NCBI GenBank assembly: GCA_012800215.1
Contig: JAAZJT010000072.1
Span: forward strand, 1 to 34,697
Length of the DNA stretch: 34,697 nucleotides
Source of the DNA: Bacillota bacterium
Lineage (GTDB): Bacteria > Bacillota > Dethiobacteria > Dethiobacterales > Dethiobacteraceae
Direction: 5' to 3'
Both the position numbers and the translations under genes were made by a program. This document shows positions 1 through 8,415 of the stretch, one piece after another. The notes beneath the pieces are model-generated. The model saw only the letters and a list, made by a program, of their open reading frames with translations. It was not told where the DNA came from and did not search any database. How positions within the stretch are numbered: the first letter of the stretch is position 1; each line of letters starts with the position of its first letter.

Positions 1-66
1 GAGGTAAGAACGAATTAGGGTGGTAACACGATGCTCTCGTCCCTTTGTGGATTGAGAGCTTTTTTA
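1..66 (+). promoter_or_regulatory. 3' part of a T-box leader (T-box motif plus intrinsic terminator) controlling metG. The 5' part, including the specifier loop, lies outside the window.
   Basis: gaattAGGGTGGTAACACG at 13-30 resembles the conserved T-box sequence. It is followed by hairpin arms GCTCTC (33-38) / GAGAGC (54-59) and a T-run at 60-65, about 30 nt upstream of an aminoacyl-tRNA synthetase start. Confidence 0.7.
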
Positions 67-94
67 ATATAATTAACAAAAAGGAGAGAAAATA

Positions 95-2050
95 ATGGAA
101 AGAAAGAAATTCTATATTACTACACCAATTTATTATCCCAGTGACAAGCTACATATTGGGCACTCCTATACAACTGTTGCGGCCGATGCCATGGCCCGCT
201 TTAAAAGGCTAACAGGCTATGATGTTTACTTTTTAACAGGGACGGACGAGCACGGTCAAAAAATTGAGCGTCGTGCCCAGGCAGCAGGGAAATCACCGCA
301 GGAATTTGTAGATGGAATCGTAGAATGGATAAAAAAATTATGGCAGGCTTTAGATATTTCTTATGATGACTTTATCCGTACCACAGAAGACCGGCATAAG
401 GCTGCAGTGCAAAAAATCTTCCAGAGGTTCTATGATCAGGGTGATATCTATAAATCCAAATACGAAGGGTGGTACTGCACACCTTGTGAGGCTTTCTGGA
501 CAGAGCGGCAGTTAGTAGATGGCAATTGCCCCGATTGTAGTCGCCCAGTGGAGCTGGTAGCTGAAGAAAGTTATTTTTTCAGGATGTCCAAATATGCAAA
601 TAAATTATTGGAACATATTGAGCAGCATCCTGATTTTATTCAACCTGCTGCGCGTAAAAATGAAATGATTAATAATTTTCTTAAGCCGGGCTTAGAAGAC
701 TTATGTGTATCCCGTACCACTTTTAACTGGGGTATTCCCGTTCCCTTTGATCCTGATCATGTTATCTATGTTTGGCTTGATGCGTTAAGCAATTATATTA
801 CGGCTTTAGGTTATGCTTCGGAAGATGACCGGTTGATGCAGACTTTTTGGCCTGCTGATGTTCATCTCATTGGTAAGGAAATTGTTCGTTTTCATACCAT
901 CTACTGGCCTATTTTTTTAATGGCTTTGGGGCTGGAGCTCCCGGAAAAAGTATTTGGCCATGGCTGGTTGTTATTGGATGATGGTAAAATGTCTAAATCT
1001 AAAGGGAATGTGATAGATCCTGAAGAACTTATTAAACGCTACGGATCAGATGCTATACGCTACTTTTTGCTGCGGGAAATTCCTTTTGGTGCTGATGGGC
1101 ATTTTAGTGAAGAAGCTTTATTGCATCGTATAAACTTTGATTTAGCCAATGACTTAGGTAATTTATTAAACCGGACTTTGGCTATGTTAAAAAAATATTT
1201 TGCTGGAACTGTACCGGCTCCGGGGCAAAGTGGCTCTTTGGATGAGGAATTAAGGCTGGCTGCAGAATCACTTCCCGGGCAAATTGAGGCGTTAATGGAT
1301 CAGCTGCAGTTTTCCAGCGCTTTAGCTGAATTATGGCGGTTTATTGCACGCGTTAATAAATATATCGATGAAGCAGCACCCTGGTCTTTAGCAAAAACCG
1401 GCCAGGAAAGCCGCCTCCAGAGTGTCATGTATAATTTATTGGAAAGCATCCGTATTATTTCCGTTATTCTGCAGCCATTTATGCCCCGCACCCCGGAGAG
1501 GATATGGCACCAGTTAGGAATTAGTGCAGATAAACATTTACAGACGTGGGAGAGCATTTTAACTTTTGGTAAATTGCCTTCAGGGATCCAAACTGCTCCG
1601 GGGGAAGTATTATTCCCGCGTTTGGAACTCTCGGAAAAGGATGGTACACCTGTACGTCAGGCCACCAAAAAAGATAAACCGATTTCTGCGGCAAAGGAAG
1701 TGCAAGAAAAAGTGGAAAAGCAAAATTTAATTTCCATTGATGAATTTTCCCGCCTGGATTTGCGCGTTGCCGAAATCAAAGAGGCAGAGCCCATTAGTGG
1801 TGCTGATAAACTGCTAAAGTTAAAGGTAGATGTGGGCGGGGAGGAAAAACAGGTTGTAGCTGGTATAGCAAAGCATTTTGCCCCGGAAGAATTGCCGGGG
1901 AAGAGAGTTTTATTTGTCGCTAATTTAAAGCCGGCAAAATTACGCGGTGTTTTGTCTGAAGGTATGCTGCTGGCAGCTTCGGATGACGAAGGCAACTTAG
2001 TTTTAGCTACAACTGAAGCACCTATTAAATCAGGTAGCAGAGTGAAGTAA
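95..2050 (+). CDS. metG: Methionyl-tRNA synthetase with a C-terminal Trbp111/EMAP-type tRNA-binding domain
   Basis: 651-aa ORF with RBS AAAGGAGAG upstream. Class I HIGH motif (KLHIGH) and KMSKS motif are present. It has a CxxC..CPDC zinc knuckle and a C-terminal LDLRVAEI...GIAK...LKPAKLRG OB-fold domain. Confidence 0.97.
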   Translation: MERKKFYITTPIYYPSDKLHIGHSYTTVAADAMARFKRLTGYDVYFLTGTDEHGQKIERRAQAAGKSPQEFVDGIVEWIKKLWQALDISYDDFIRTTEDRHKAAVQKIFQRFYDQGDIYKSKYEGWYCTPCEAFWTERQLVDGNCPDCSRPVELVAEESYFFRMSKYANKLLEHIEQHPDFIQPAARKNEMINNFLKPGLEDLCVSRTTFNWGIPVPFDPDHVIYVWLDALSNYITALGYASEDDRLMQTFWPADVHLIGKEIVRFHTIYWPIFLMALGLELPEKVFGHGWLLLDDGKMSKSKGNVIDPEELIKRYGSDAIRYFLLREIPFGADGHFSEEALLHRINFDLANDLGNLLNRTLAMLKKYFAGTVPAPGQSGSLDEELRLAAESLPGQIEALMDQLQFSSALAELWRFIARVNKYIDEAAPWSLAKTGQESRLQSVMYNLLESIRIISVILQPFMPRTPERIWHQLGISADKHLQTWESILTFGKLPSGIQTAPGEVLFPRLELSEKDGTPVRQATKKDKPISAAKEVQEKVEKQNLISIDEFSRLDLRVAEIKEAEPISGADKLLKLKVDVGGEEKQVVAGIAKHFAPEELPGKRVLFVANLKPAKLRGVLSEGMLLAASDDEGNLVLATTEAPIKSGSRVK

Positions 2051-2051
2051 A

Positions 2052-2834
2052 ATGTTTTTAATAGATACACACGCTCACCTGACAGATGAGCGTTTTAATG
2101 AAGATTTAGATGATGTGCTGGTGCGTGCAAAAGCTGCCGGCTTAGGTAAAATTATCAGCATAGGCTGTGACTTGCCTTCTTCAGAGGCTGCCATAGCTTT
2201 GGCAGCAGCTAACGACAATATTTTTGCCGCTGTCGGTATTCATCCACATGAAGCGTCCAGCGCAGGGCAAGATGCCCTGCAGGCTTTAAAGAAATTGGCT
2301 GATAGTCCGAAAGTAGTAGCCATAGGGGAAATCGGCTTAGATTATTATTATCGTTTTTCTTCAGCTGATCAACAAAAGGACGTCCTGCGGCGGCAGATAC
2401 GCTTAGCCAGAGAAATGGCACTGCCTGTAATTATTCATAATCGTGATGCACATGAGGATATTCTTGCTATTTTACGTGCAGAAAAAGCTTATGAAGTAGG
2501 CGGGGTTATGCATTGTTTTTCAGGCGATTTAAATTTCGCCATGCAGTGTCTAGAGCTTGGCTTCTACCTTTCTTTTGCCGGTATTGTAACTTTTAAAAAA
2601 CCAGGAGATCTGCCTTTGGTTGTGCAGGAGATGCCGCTGGAACGCTTATTAATTGAAACTGATTCACCTTACCTGGCACCGGTTCCTTTCCGCGGCAGAA
2701 GAAACGAACCGGCCTATGTGGTGCATGTGGCGGAAAAAATTGCACAGCTGAGGCAGCTTGAATTTAGTAAAATAGCTGAGATTACTACTCAGAATGCACA
2801 AAAATTGTTTTCCTTTAGAAAAAAACAGGCATAA
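2052..2834 (+). CDS. tatD: TatD-family metal-dependent hydrolase/DNase (YabD-like)
   Basis: 260 aa with N-terminal IDTHAHL and GEIGLDYYY and ETDSPYLAP motifs typical of TatD. The start lies 1 nt after the metG stop, the same order as in B. subtilis metS-yabD. Confidence 0.93.
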   Translation: MFLIDTHAHLTDERFNEDLDDVLVRAKAAGLGKIISIGCDLPSSEAAIALAAANDNIFAAVGIHPHEASSAGQDALQALKKLADSPKVVAIGEIGLDYYYRFSSADQQKDVLRRQIRLAREMALPVIIHNRDAHEDILAILRAEKAYEVGGVMHCFSGDLNFAMQCLELGFYLSFAGIVTFKKPGDLPLVVQEMPLERLLIETDSPYLAPVPFRGRRNEPAYVVHVAEKIAQLRQLEFSKIAEITTQNAQKLFSFRKKQA

Positions 2835-2884
2835 ATCAATAACTTGTCCATAGGATGTAGATAAATACCAACTGGAGAAGAGGG

Positions 2885-3901
2885 ATGTCAATGGCCTTTC
2901 CCGGATGGCTAGTTAAAGATTCAAAATGGGGAAAGGGAATTTTGCTGATTGTTTTAATACTGATTGCTGCTATAGTAATGTTTGCCGCTACATCAGAAAA
3001 AAGTGTGGTGCTGCAGCTGGATGGAAAGCAAACTACCCTTACAACTAAAGCTAAAACAGTAGCTGCCGTCTTGGCTGAAAATGGGATTTATGTCCGCAGC
3101 TATGATTTATTACAACCAGCAGGTGAGACAAGGGTAGTTGACGGCCTGGAAATTTTCCTGCAGCGGGCACAGCCAGTCCTGCTTAAAGTAGATGGCGCAG
3201 CCAGGCTGGTTTATTCAACCGCTCAGACCGTTGCCGATTTACTGCAGGCAGAGCAGATAATGCTGTCAAAAACTGATCGCACGATGCCGGAACTTACTGC
3301 TGCTATAACTAAAGGCAGTACCGTACAGATTGTGCGTGTAAAAACTGCTCAGATTACGGAAGAAGTTGAAGTTCCCTTTCAAACTGTGCAGAAAAAAGAT
3401 CCTAACCTGACAGTTGGTCGTAAAACTGTTCAGGTTGAAGGTAAGCCTGGTATTGTGAAAAAAACATATCAGGTGGTCTATGCCGATGGAGTGGAAGAAA
3501 GCAGGGAATTGATAGCTGAGGAACAGATATCAGAACCGGTTAATTGCGTAGTGACTATTGGTACAAAGCCGGTACCGGTTATTGCCAGCCGCAGCGGAAC
3601 TACAGGGCGCGTATATGAGGGGATAGCTTCTTATTATAGCGATAAGCTTCATGGCAGCCGAACCAGCTATGGTGATATTTATGATAAAAATGCTTTTACT
3701 GCTGCTTTCCCTGATAGAGCGTTGCGCGGTAAGAAATTGCGTGTTACATATTTGAAAACAGGCCGCAGTGTTGAAGTGATTGTTAACGATTTCGGCCCGC
3801 ATACTAAAGGGCGTATTATTGATCTGTCAGCTGCTGCAGCCAGTGCCATTGGCTTAATTTCCGCCGGAGTGGGAAAAGTAAAAGTGGAAGTACTAAATTA
3901 A
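2885..3901 (+). CDS. Membrane-anchored cell-wall protein with DUF348 repeats, a G5 domain and a C-terminal RlpA-like double-psi beta-barrel (YabE/RpfB-like architecture)
   Basis: N-terminal TM segment (ILLIVLILIAAIVMFA), repeated DG....L.T.A.TV...L modules and a G5-like VGRKTVQVEGKPG. The C-terminus GIASYYSDKLHGSRTSYGDIYD...VIVNDFGPHTKGRIIDLS matches the RlpA DPBB pattern. Confidence 0.85.
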   Translation: MSMAFPGWLVKDSKWGKGILLIVLILIAAIVMFAATSEKSVVLQLDGKQTTLTTKAKTVAAVLAENGIYVRSYDLLQPAGETRVVDGLEIFLQRAQPVLLKVDGAARLVYSTAQTVADLLQAEQIMLSKTDRTMPELTAAITKGSTVQIVRVKTAQITEEVEVPFQTVQKKDPNLTVGRKTVQVEGKPGIVKKTYQVVYADGVEESRELIAEEQISEPVNCVVTIGTKPVPVIASRSGTTGRVYEGIASYYSDKLHGSRTSYGDIYDKNAFTAAFPDRALRGKKLRVTYLKTGRSVEVIVNDFGPHTKGRIIDLSAAAASAIGLISAGVGKVKVEVLN

Positions 3902-3905
3902 AAAA

Positions 3906-3930
3906 CTGCCGGTATACCGGCAGTTTTTTT
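3906..3930 (+). terminator. Rho-independent terminator
   Basis: Stem CTGCCGG (3906-3912) / CCGGCAG (3917-3923), loop TATA, T-run 3924-3930, directly after the stop codon. Confidence 0.8.
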
Positions 3931-3938
3931 GTCCATGC

Positions 3939-3968
3939 TTGACAGTGGATATAGACTAGTTTGATAAT
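3939..3968 (+). promoter_or_regulatory. Candidate sigma-A promoter for the DUF1461 gene
   Basis: TTGACA at 3939-3944, an 18-nt spacer, then tGATAAT (hexamer 3963-3968), about 38 nt upstream of the ATG at 4006. Confidence 0.45.
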
Positions 3969-4005
3969 AAGTTAAGCAGATAATTGTTTTTAAAGGAGAA
4001 TAGGT

Positions 4006-4677
4006 ATGCAGAGGTTTTTTCTATACTCGGCTGTTGCCGTATTAATAACTATAGTGGTTTTACTGACAAGTGTGCAGATAATGGTTAGTAATGATAACTT
4101 TTTTTCCCAAAAATTTATTGATAACGATGTTTCCAGACAAACAAATATCAAACATTCTGAGCTAATGAGGATTACAGATGAGATTCAAGCTTATTTATTC
4201 GGCCGCCGTGCTGACTTTAAAATATATGGAGAAATAGCGGGCAAAAGAAAGCTAGTTTTTAATGAGCGTGAAATTGCACATATGAAAGATGTAAGGGTTT
4301 TGTTTAAGTATGGAATTATACTACGCAATGTTTGCGCGATAGTGGTGGGGATTTTGCTCCTTGTTTTTTGGCAGAAGAAAAAACTATTTTTTGATACTTT
4401 ATTGTTTAGCGCTCTAGCTTTTTTTGCCCTGGCGTTAATAGGTGGATTGCTTTTATATTATGATTTTAATCGTTATTTTGTTTTGTTTCATGAAATATTT
4501 TTTACAAATGATTTATGGATACTGGATCCCGAGAACAGTGTTTTAATTAACATGGTTCCGCTGGATTTCTTTATCAGTATTGTTAAAGCAATTGGTTTTA
4601 TTGCAGTATCCAGTATGTTTTTAATTGGAGCACTAGGGGGTTTGGGTAAATTTATGCTGCGGGGCAGGCAGCAGTAA
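4006..4677 (+). CDS. TIGR01906/DUF1461 integral membrane protein. The family includes the lipoprotein intramolecular transacylase Lit.
   Basis: 223 aa with RBS AAAGGAG. It has an N-terminal TM, 3-4 C-terminal TMs and the family-typical FHEIFFTNDLWILDP...LINMVPLDFF block. Confidence 0.8.
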   Translation: MQRFFLYSAVAVLITIVVLLTSVQIMVSNDNFFSQKFIDNDVSRQTNIKHSELMRITDEIQAYLFGRRADFKIYGEIAGKRKLVFNEREIAHMKDVRVLFKYGIILRNVCAIVVGILLLVFWQKKKLFFDTLLFSALAFFALALIGGLLLYYDFNRYFVLFHEIFFTNDLWILDPENSVLINMVPLDFFISIVKAIGFIAVSSMFLIGALGGLGKFMLRGRQQ

Positions 4678-4707
4678 GGCTGCTTGCTGCAATAAAATAT
4701 AATTAAA

Positions 4708-4741
4708 AGCTGCCTTCTTTTTTTAGAAGGCGCTTTTTTTG
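4708..4741 (+). terminator. Rho-independent terminator
   Basis: Stem GCCTTCT (4712-4718) / AGAAGGC (4725-4731) extended by AGC/GCT, followed by a T-run to 4741. Confidence 0.75.
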
Positions 4742-4894
4742 TGTGTATTTAAAGTTGCTGCAGCGGCAAATGGTATTGGTGAATGTATAGATTTTTTACA
4801 AATGGCAATAATAAGTAAGAATTGCTAAAAAAGCCCCGGGAAGGCTTATTAACTTAGCATGACGATAAAAAGAGAAAAACTGGGAGGAAGTCAA

Positions 4895-5977
4895 ATGATG
4901 TTTTTTCCCGATTATGCATTCACCAATGTTCAGGGAAAAAAGACTCGCTACCAAACTCTGAAAGTATTATTGTCAGTTTTGCTTATATTCTTTTATTTGT
5001 TTGCCGTTAGCAGAAAAAATGTAACAATCATCGTTGATGGTGCAAAGAAAAATATTATTACATCTCAGCATAATGTGGAGGCTGTGCTGGCTGAAGCCGG
5101 CATTAGGGTAGCTTCCGAGGATTATCTTTACCCGGCGCCTGAGGAAAAGGTGCGGACAGGGTCTGTTATTACTGTTAAACGGGCGTTCCCTGTAACTGTG
5201 TTGGCAGATGGCCAGCAGTTTGAAATCAGGGTTGCCGATGCTACTGTTGCTTCTGCCTTGGCTAAGTTGGGGTTAACTTTAGGCCCTTTGGACCGTGTCG
5301 AGCCTTCTTTGGAGCAAACGCTTACGCAAGGTGATACAGTATGCATTACTCGCGTGGAACGTCATTTTGTAACACGCAGGACAGAAATACCATATCGGGA
5401 AATCAGCCGCAGTAGTGAAAAACTTGATCGTGGTACCAGCCGAATAGTTCAAGAGGGAGTAACCGGTGTGCGTGAAGAAACGCGCTTAGTAACTTTGGAA
5501 AATGGCGTTGAGGTTTCTGCAGAGATCATACAATCTGACTTGCTGCGTATAAAACAGGATCAAATTGTGGAGAATGGTACCAATACTGAACTGGCACGGA
5601 GCGGACAGATACTAAATTTTAAGGAAGTATTTTCTGTGACGGCAACAGCATACTGCGCCGGTACTGCAGAATGCGGCTGCCCTATTGACAGTAAAGGACG
5701 CAGTGTATGTACCGGGAGTTATAATGATGGTATAACGGCCAGTGGGCGTCCGGCCATAGCCGGAAATGGCAGTTCCAGTAAGCCGCATCTTGTCGCCGTG
5801 GACCCAAGTCTTATTCCTCTTGGCAGCAAGTTATATATCGATGGCTATGGTTTTGCCGTTGCTGCTGACACTGGAGGTGCAATCAAAGGCAAGCGCCTTG
5901 ATCTGTTGATGCCGACACACCAGGATGCTCTGCGTTTTGGTCGTAGGACATTAAAAGTATACTACTTAAATGATTAA
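4895..5977 (+). CDS. yabE: YabE-like cell-wall protein: TM anchor, DUF348, G5 and a C-terminal 3D (MltA-like DPBB) domain
   Basis: The ORF frame opens at 4859, but GGGAGGAAG 5-13 nt upstream favours the ATG at 4895. G5-like GTSRIVQEGVTGV is present. The C-terminus VAVDPSLIPLGSKLYIDGYGFAVAADTGGAIKGKRLDL is the 3D-domain signature. Confidence 0.85.
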   Translation: MMFFPDYAFTNVQGKKTRYQTLKVLLSVLLIFFYLFAVSRKNVTIIVDGAKKNIITSQHNVEAVLAEAGIRVASEDYLYPAPEEKVRTGSVITVKRAFPVTVLADGQQFEIRVADATVASALAKLGLTLGPLDRVEPSLEQTLTQGDTVCITRVERHFVTRRTEIPYREISRSSEKLDRGTSRIVQEGVTGVREETRLVTLENGVEVSAEIIQSDLLRIKQDQIVENGTNTELARSGQILNFKEVFSVTATAYCAGTAECGCPIDSKGRSVCTGSYNDGITASGRPAIAGNGSSSKPHLVAVDPSLIPLGSKLYIDGYGFAVAADTGGAIKGKRLDLLMPTHQDALRFGRRTLKVYYLND

Positions 5978-5979
5978 AT

Positions 5980-6001
5980 AACCGGGGAAACCCCGGTTTT
6001 T
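5980..6001 (+). terminator. Rho-independent terminator
   Basis: AACCGGGG / CCCCGGTT stem with loop AAA and a T-run to 6001. Confidence 0.8.
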
Positions 6002-6097
6002 CTTATTTATAATCTTTTTCAACAGGCAGGAAAGTTTAAATAAAGTGAGGAAGTAAAAAATAGAAGTTGCTTTTAATTTAGGCGAGGGAGGAAAACT

Positions 6098-6958
6098 GTG
6101 AGCAAATTATCCAATCCGTCATATGTTTCATCTTTATTGTCACGTCATGGAATCCGCCTAAAAAAGAAATGGGGTCAAAACTTTCTTGTTGATGAAAACA
6201 TACTAGATAAGATTGTAAGTGTGGCTGCTTTAACGAAAGCAGACAATGTACTGGAAATAGGCCCCGGGATAGGATCTCTAACGGAAAAATTGGCGCAACA
6301 GGCAGGTAAGGTTACAGCATTGGAAATTGACATACGGCTACTGCCTGTGTTAAATGAGACTCTAGCAGAGTATGATAACGTTACTATAATACATCAGGAT
6401 GCCATGAAAGCCGATTATCATCAACTGCTGACGGATAAAACCGTTATCGTAGCTAATCTGCCTTATAATGTGGCAACGCCGCTTTTTTATCTTTGGTTAA
6501 AGGAATACCGCTTGGCTATTAATAAATGTGTTTGTATGGTACAAAAAGAAGTGGCGCAGCGTCTGGTGGCGCCTCCTGGTGGAAAGGATTATGGTACATT
6601 ATCAGTAGTTACCCGCTATGCTGCAGCGGCTCAGATTGCTTTTGAGGTACCGCGCACGGTCTTTTTCCCCCGCCCTGAAGTTACTTCGGCAGTTATTGAA
6701 CTGCAGCCCTATAAAAAAACAGCATTAAGCCAGGCAGAAGAAAAGATTTTTTTCCAAGTGGTGGAAGCTGTTTTTGCCCAGCGGCGAAAGACTGCATTAA
6801 ATACTTTACAAGCAGCTTTTAAACTACCTAAAGAAGAAATTACAGCACTGGGGCGCATAGCCGGGATAGACCTGTCACGCCGCGGGGAAACACTTAATGA
6901 ACATGAATTTGCAGTGTTGGCCAAGTTGTTTTATAATAAAATCAATGCTGACTACTGA
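6098..6958 (+). CDS. rsmA: 16S rRNA (adenine1518/1519-N6)-dimethyltransferase
   Basis: 286 aa with a GTG start after GAGGGAGG. It has the KKWGQNFL motif, the SAM-binding VLEIGPGIGSLT and NLPYNV. Confidence 0.95.
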   Translation: MSKLSNPSYVSSLLSRHGIRLKKKWGQNFLVDENILDKIVSVAALTKADNVLEIGPGIGSLTEKLAQQAGKVTALEIDIRLLPVLNETLAEYDNVTIIHQDAMKADYHQLLTDKTVIVANLPYNVATPLFYLWLKEYRLAINKCVCMVQKEVAQRLVAPPGGKDYGTLSVVTRYAAAAQIAFEVPRTVFFPRPEVTSAVIELQPYKKTALSQAEEKIFFQVVEAVFAQRRKTALNTLQAAFKLPKEEITALGRIAGIDLSRRGETLNEHEFAVLAKLFYNKINADY

Positions 6959-6972
6959 AAGGTGCAGGCTAT

Positions 6973-7446
6973 ATGGAATTTACCAGTCCTTCGCAGGGGC
7001 GGCTTACTTTTGAGGAGACTTTTCGGGCTATTACCTCATATGCCGATGAGCAGCCTGAGGAGCAGTATAAATTAATTATTGGTACTGATTCGCAGCCCCA
7101 TATAGATAATGTCTGCTTTGTTACAGCTATTATTATTCACCGTGTAGGAAAAGGTGCACGCTATTTTTTTCGCCGCATGTACAAGCACTTTATGAATAGC
7201 ATGCGCCAGCGAATTTACTATGAAACTTACCTTAGTTTAGAGGCTGCAACTTTAATAACGGCAAAGCTGGCCGAAAACGGCAACGAGCAACTTAATGTGG
7301 AGATTCATTTGGATGTGGGTGAGCAAGGGGAAACAAAAGAATTAATCAGGGAAGTTGTGGGAATGGTAATTGGCAGTGGTTTTCAGGTCTGCATAAAACC
7401 GGATTCTTATGGTGCCAGCAAAGTGGCTGATAAATATACAAAATAA
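6973..7446 (+). CDS. DUF458/YkuK-family RNase H-like protein
   Basis: 157 aa with IIGTDSQ...VCFVTAIIIHRVGKGARYF...IHLDVG...ASKVADKYTK, resembling the YkuK family. It starts 14 nt after the rsmA stop. Confidence 0.7.
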   Translation: MEFTSPSQGRLTFEETFRAITSYADEQPEEQYKLIIGTDSQPHIDNVCFVTAIIIHRVGKGARYFFRRMYKHFMNSMRQRIYYETYLSLEAATLITAKLAENGNEQLNVEIHLDVGEQGETKELIREVVGMVIGSGFQVCIKPDSYGASKVADKYTK

Positions 7447-7475
7447 AAATACGCCGGAGAGGCGTATTTTTATTT
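7445..7475. terminator. Bidirectional terminator between convergent genes
   Basis: Stem ATACGCC (7449-7455) / GGCGTAT (7461-7467), flanked by an A-run 5' and a T-run 3'. Confidence 0.75.
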
Positions 7476-8281
7476 TACATTGAACGTCCTGCAATAAACT
7501 CCCGCAGCAGGTCAAAGCGCCTTTGGCTGTGATAGCCTATATACATTTTAGCTTCGTGGTACCTCTGTCGGGGTAGATTGTGAATCATGCAGATTGCTTC
7601 AAGGCAATCGCCAATAATAGTTTCTATAATTAGATTGTTATGTGTTTGATCTTTTATTGAAGAGCCTAATTGTAGGTGAGGAATGGAGCCGGCGAGGTCA
7701 ATTTTTAATTTATGCCAGGTTGCATGAACTAGAAGTGTTGGGGGAACAGCATAATCTTCCCACGGAACAATATTAAGCATACGGCGTGATATAACGTGTG
7801 GCCCATGAGAGGGTGTGGCAATTTTAATTTGTGTAGCCAGCCCCAGTTTTTTGTTCACTAGAAACCGGTAATAGAAGAGTGCTTCCTTATATTGCTCAAG
7901 AGGCGGATTATGGGGGTAGCAGTCACACAGTGCCAGGTCCAGTTGCCGCTCTTTTGTCTGCTTAAGCAGTGCTGTTACTTCTGCTTCATATTCCCCTACC
8001 ATGTCCCCGTCTATAAAGAGGACATAGTCTGCACCGGCAGAAAAGGCGAGGTTTGCGCCCACAGCACGTGGCACATCGATACCGAGAGGTTCTCGAAATG
8101 ATACTAATGAAATGTTTTGTTTATGGAGTTTATAATAAGTTTCTGCCTCACTTTTTGTTAATTGATTGGAGCCATTAAGGATAACAAAAATCTTATCAAT
8201 TAAATCAATAGCCAAAAGATGCTCCAAGACGCGACTAAGGCGGTATTCTTCATTTTGTGCCGGAACGACGGCAGCGATCAT
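7475..8281 (-). CDS. Soluble GT-A fold (family 2-like) glycosyltransferase with unknown acceptor
   Basis: 268 aa with RBS GGGGAGGTG. The N-terminus AAVVPAQNEE and a DGD (DxD) motif after FIDGDM are typical of GT-A enzymes, and no TM segments are seen. It is one of only two real minus-strand genes in the window. Confidence 0.7.
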   Translation of the reverse strand: MIAAVVPAQNEEYRLSRVLEHLLAIDLIDKIFVILNGSNQLTKSEAETYYKLHKQNISLVSFREPLGIDVPRAVGANLAFSAGADYVLFIDGDMVGEYEAEVTALLKQTKERQLDLALCDCYPHNPPLEQYKEALFYYRFLVNKKLGLATQIKIATPSHGPHVISRRMLNIVPWEDYAVPPTLLVHATWHKLKIDLAGSIPHLQLGSSIKDQTHNNLIIETIIGDCLEAICMIHNLPRQRYHEAKMYIGYHSQRRFDLLREFIAGRSM

Positions 8282-8336
8282 CTTCTCACCTCCCCTTTAT
8301 TATATGAGGGAGGGTAGCAGGATGGTGAGTAACAGT

Positions 8337-8365
8337 AACAATTTATCTGTGCGCATCATAACATA
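8337..8365 (+). promoter_or_regulatory. Candidate sigma-K-type promoter for yabG
   Basis: AACA (8337-8340), a 16-nt spacer, then CATAACATA (8357-8365) fits mACm-16/17-CATAnnnTA. B. subtilis yabG is sigma-K dependent. The implied TSS near 8372 argues against the ORF-track ATG at 8374. Confidence 0.4.
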
Positions 8366-8415
8366 ATCTGAAGATGTTATGGCTGGCAGAAAAGCAGAAA
8401 GGCAGGGAAGATAAA

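Noticed and set aside
4742-4894. Possible c-di-AMP (ydaO-type) riboswitch upstream of the yabE-like gene, as seen before some wall-hydrolase genes
   Set aside because: The interval is short, AT-rich and lacks the paired ACGGGGA/CCCG-type conserved cores I would expect. I could trace no convincing pseudo-symmetric structure.
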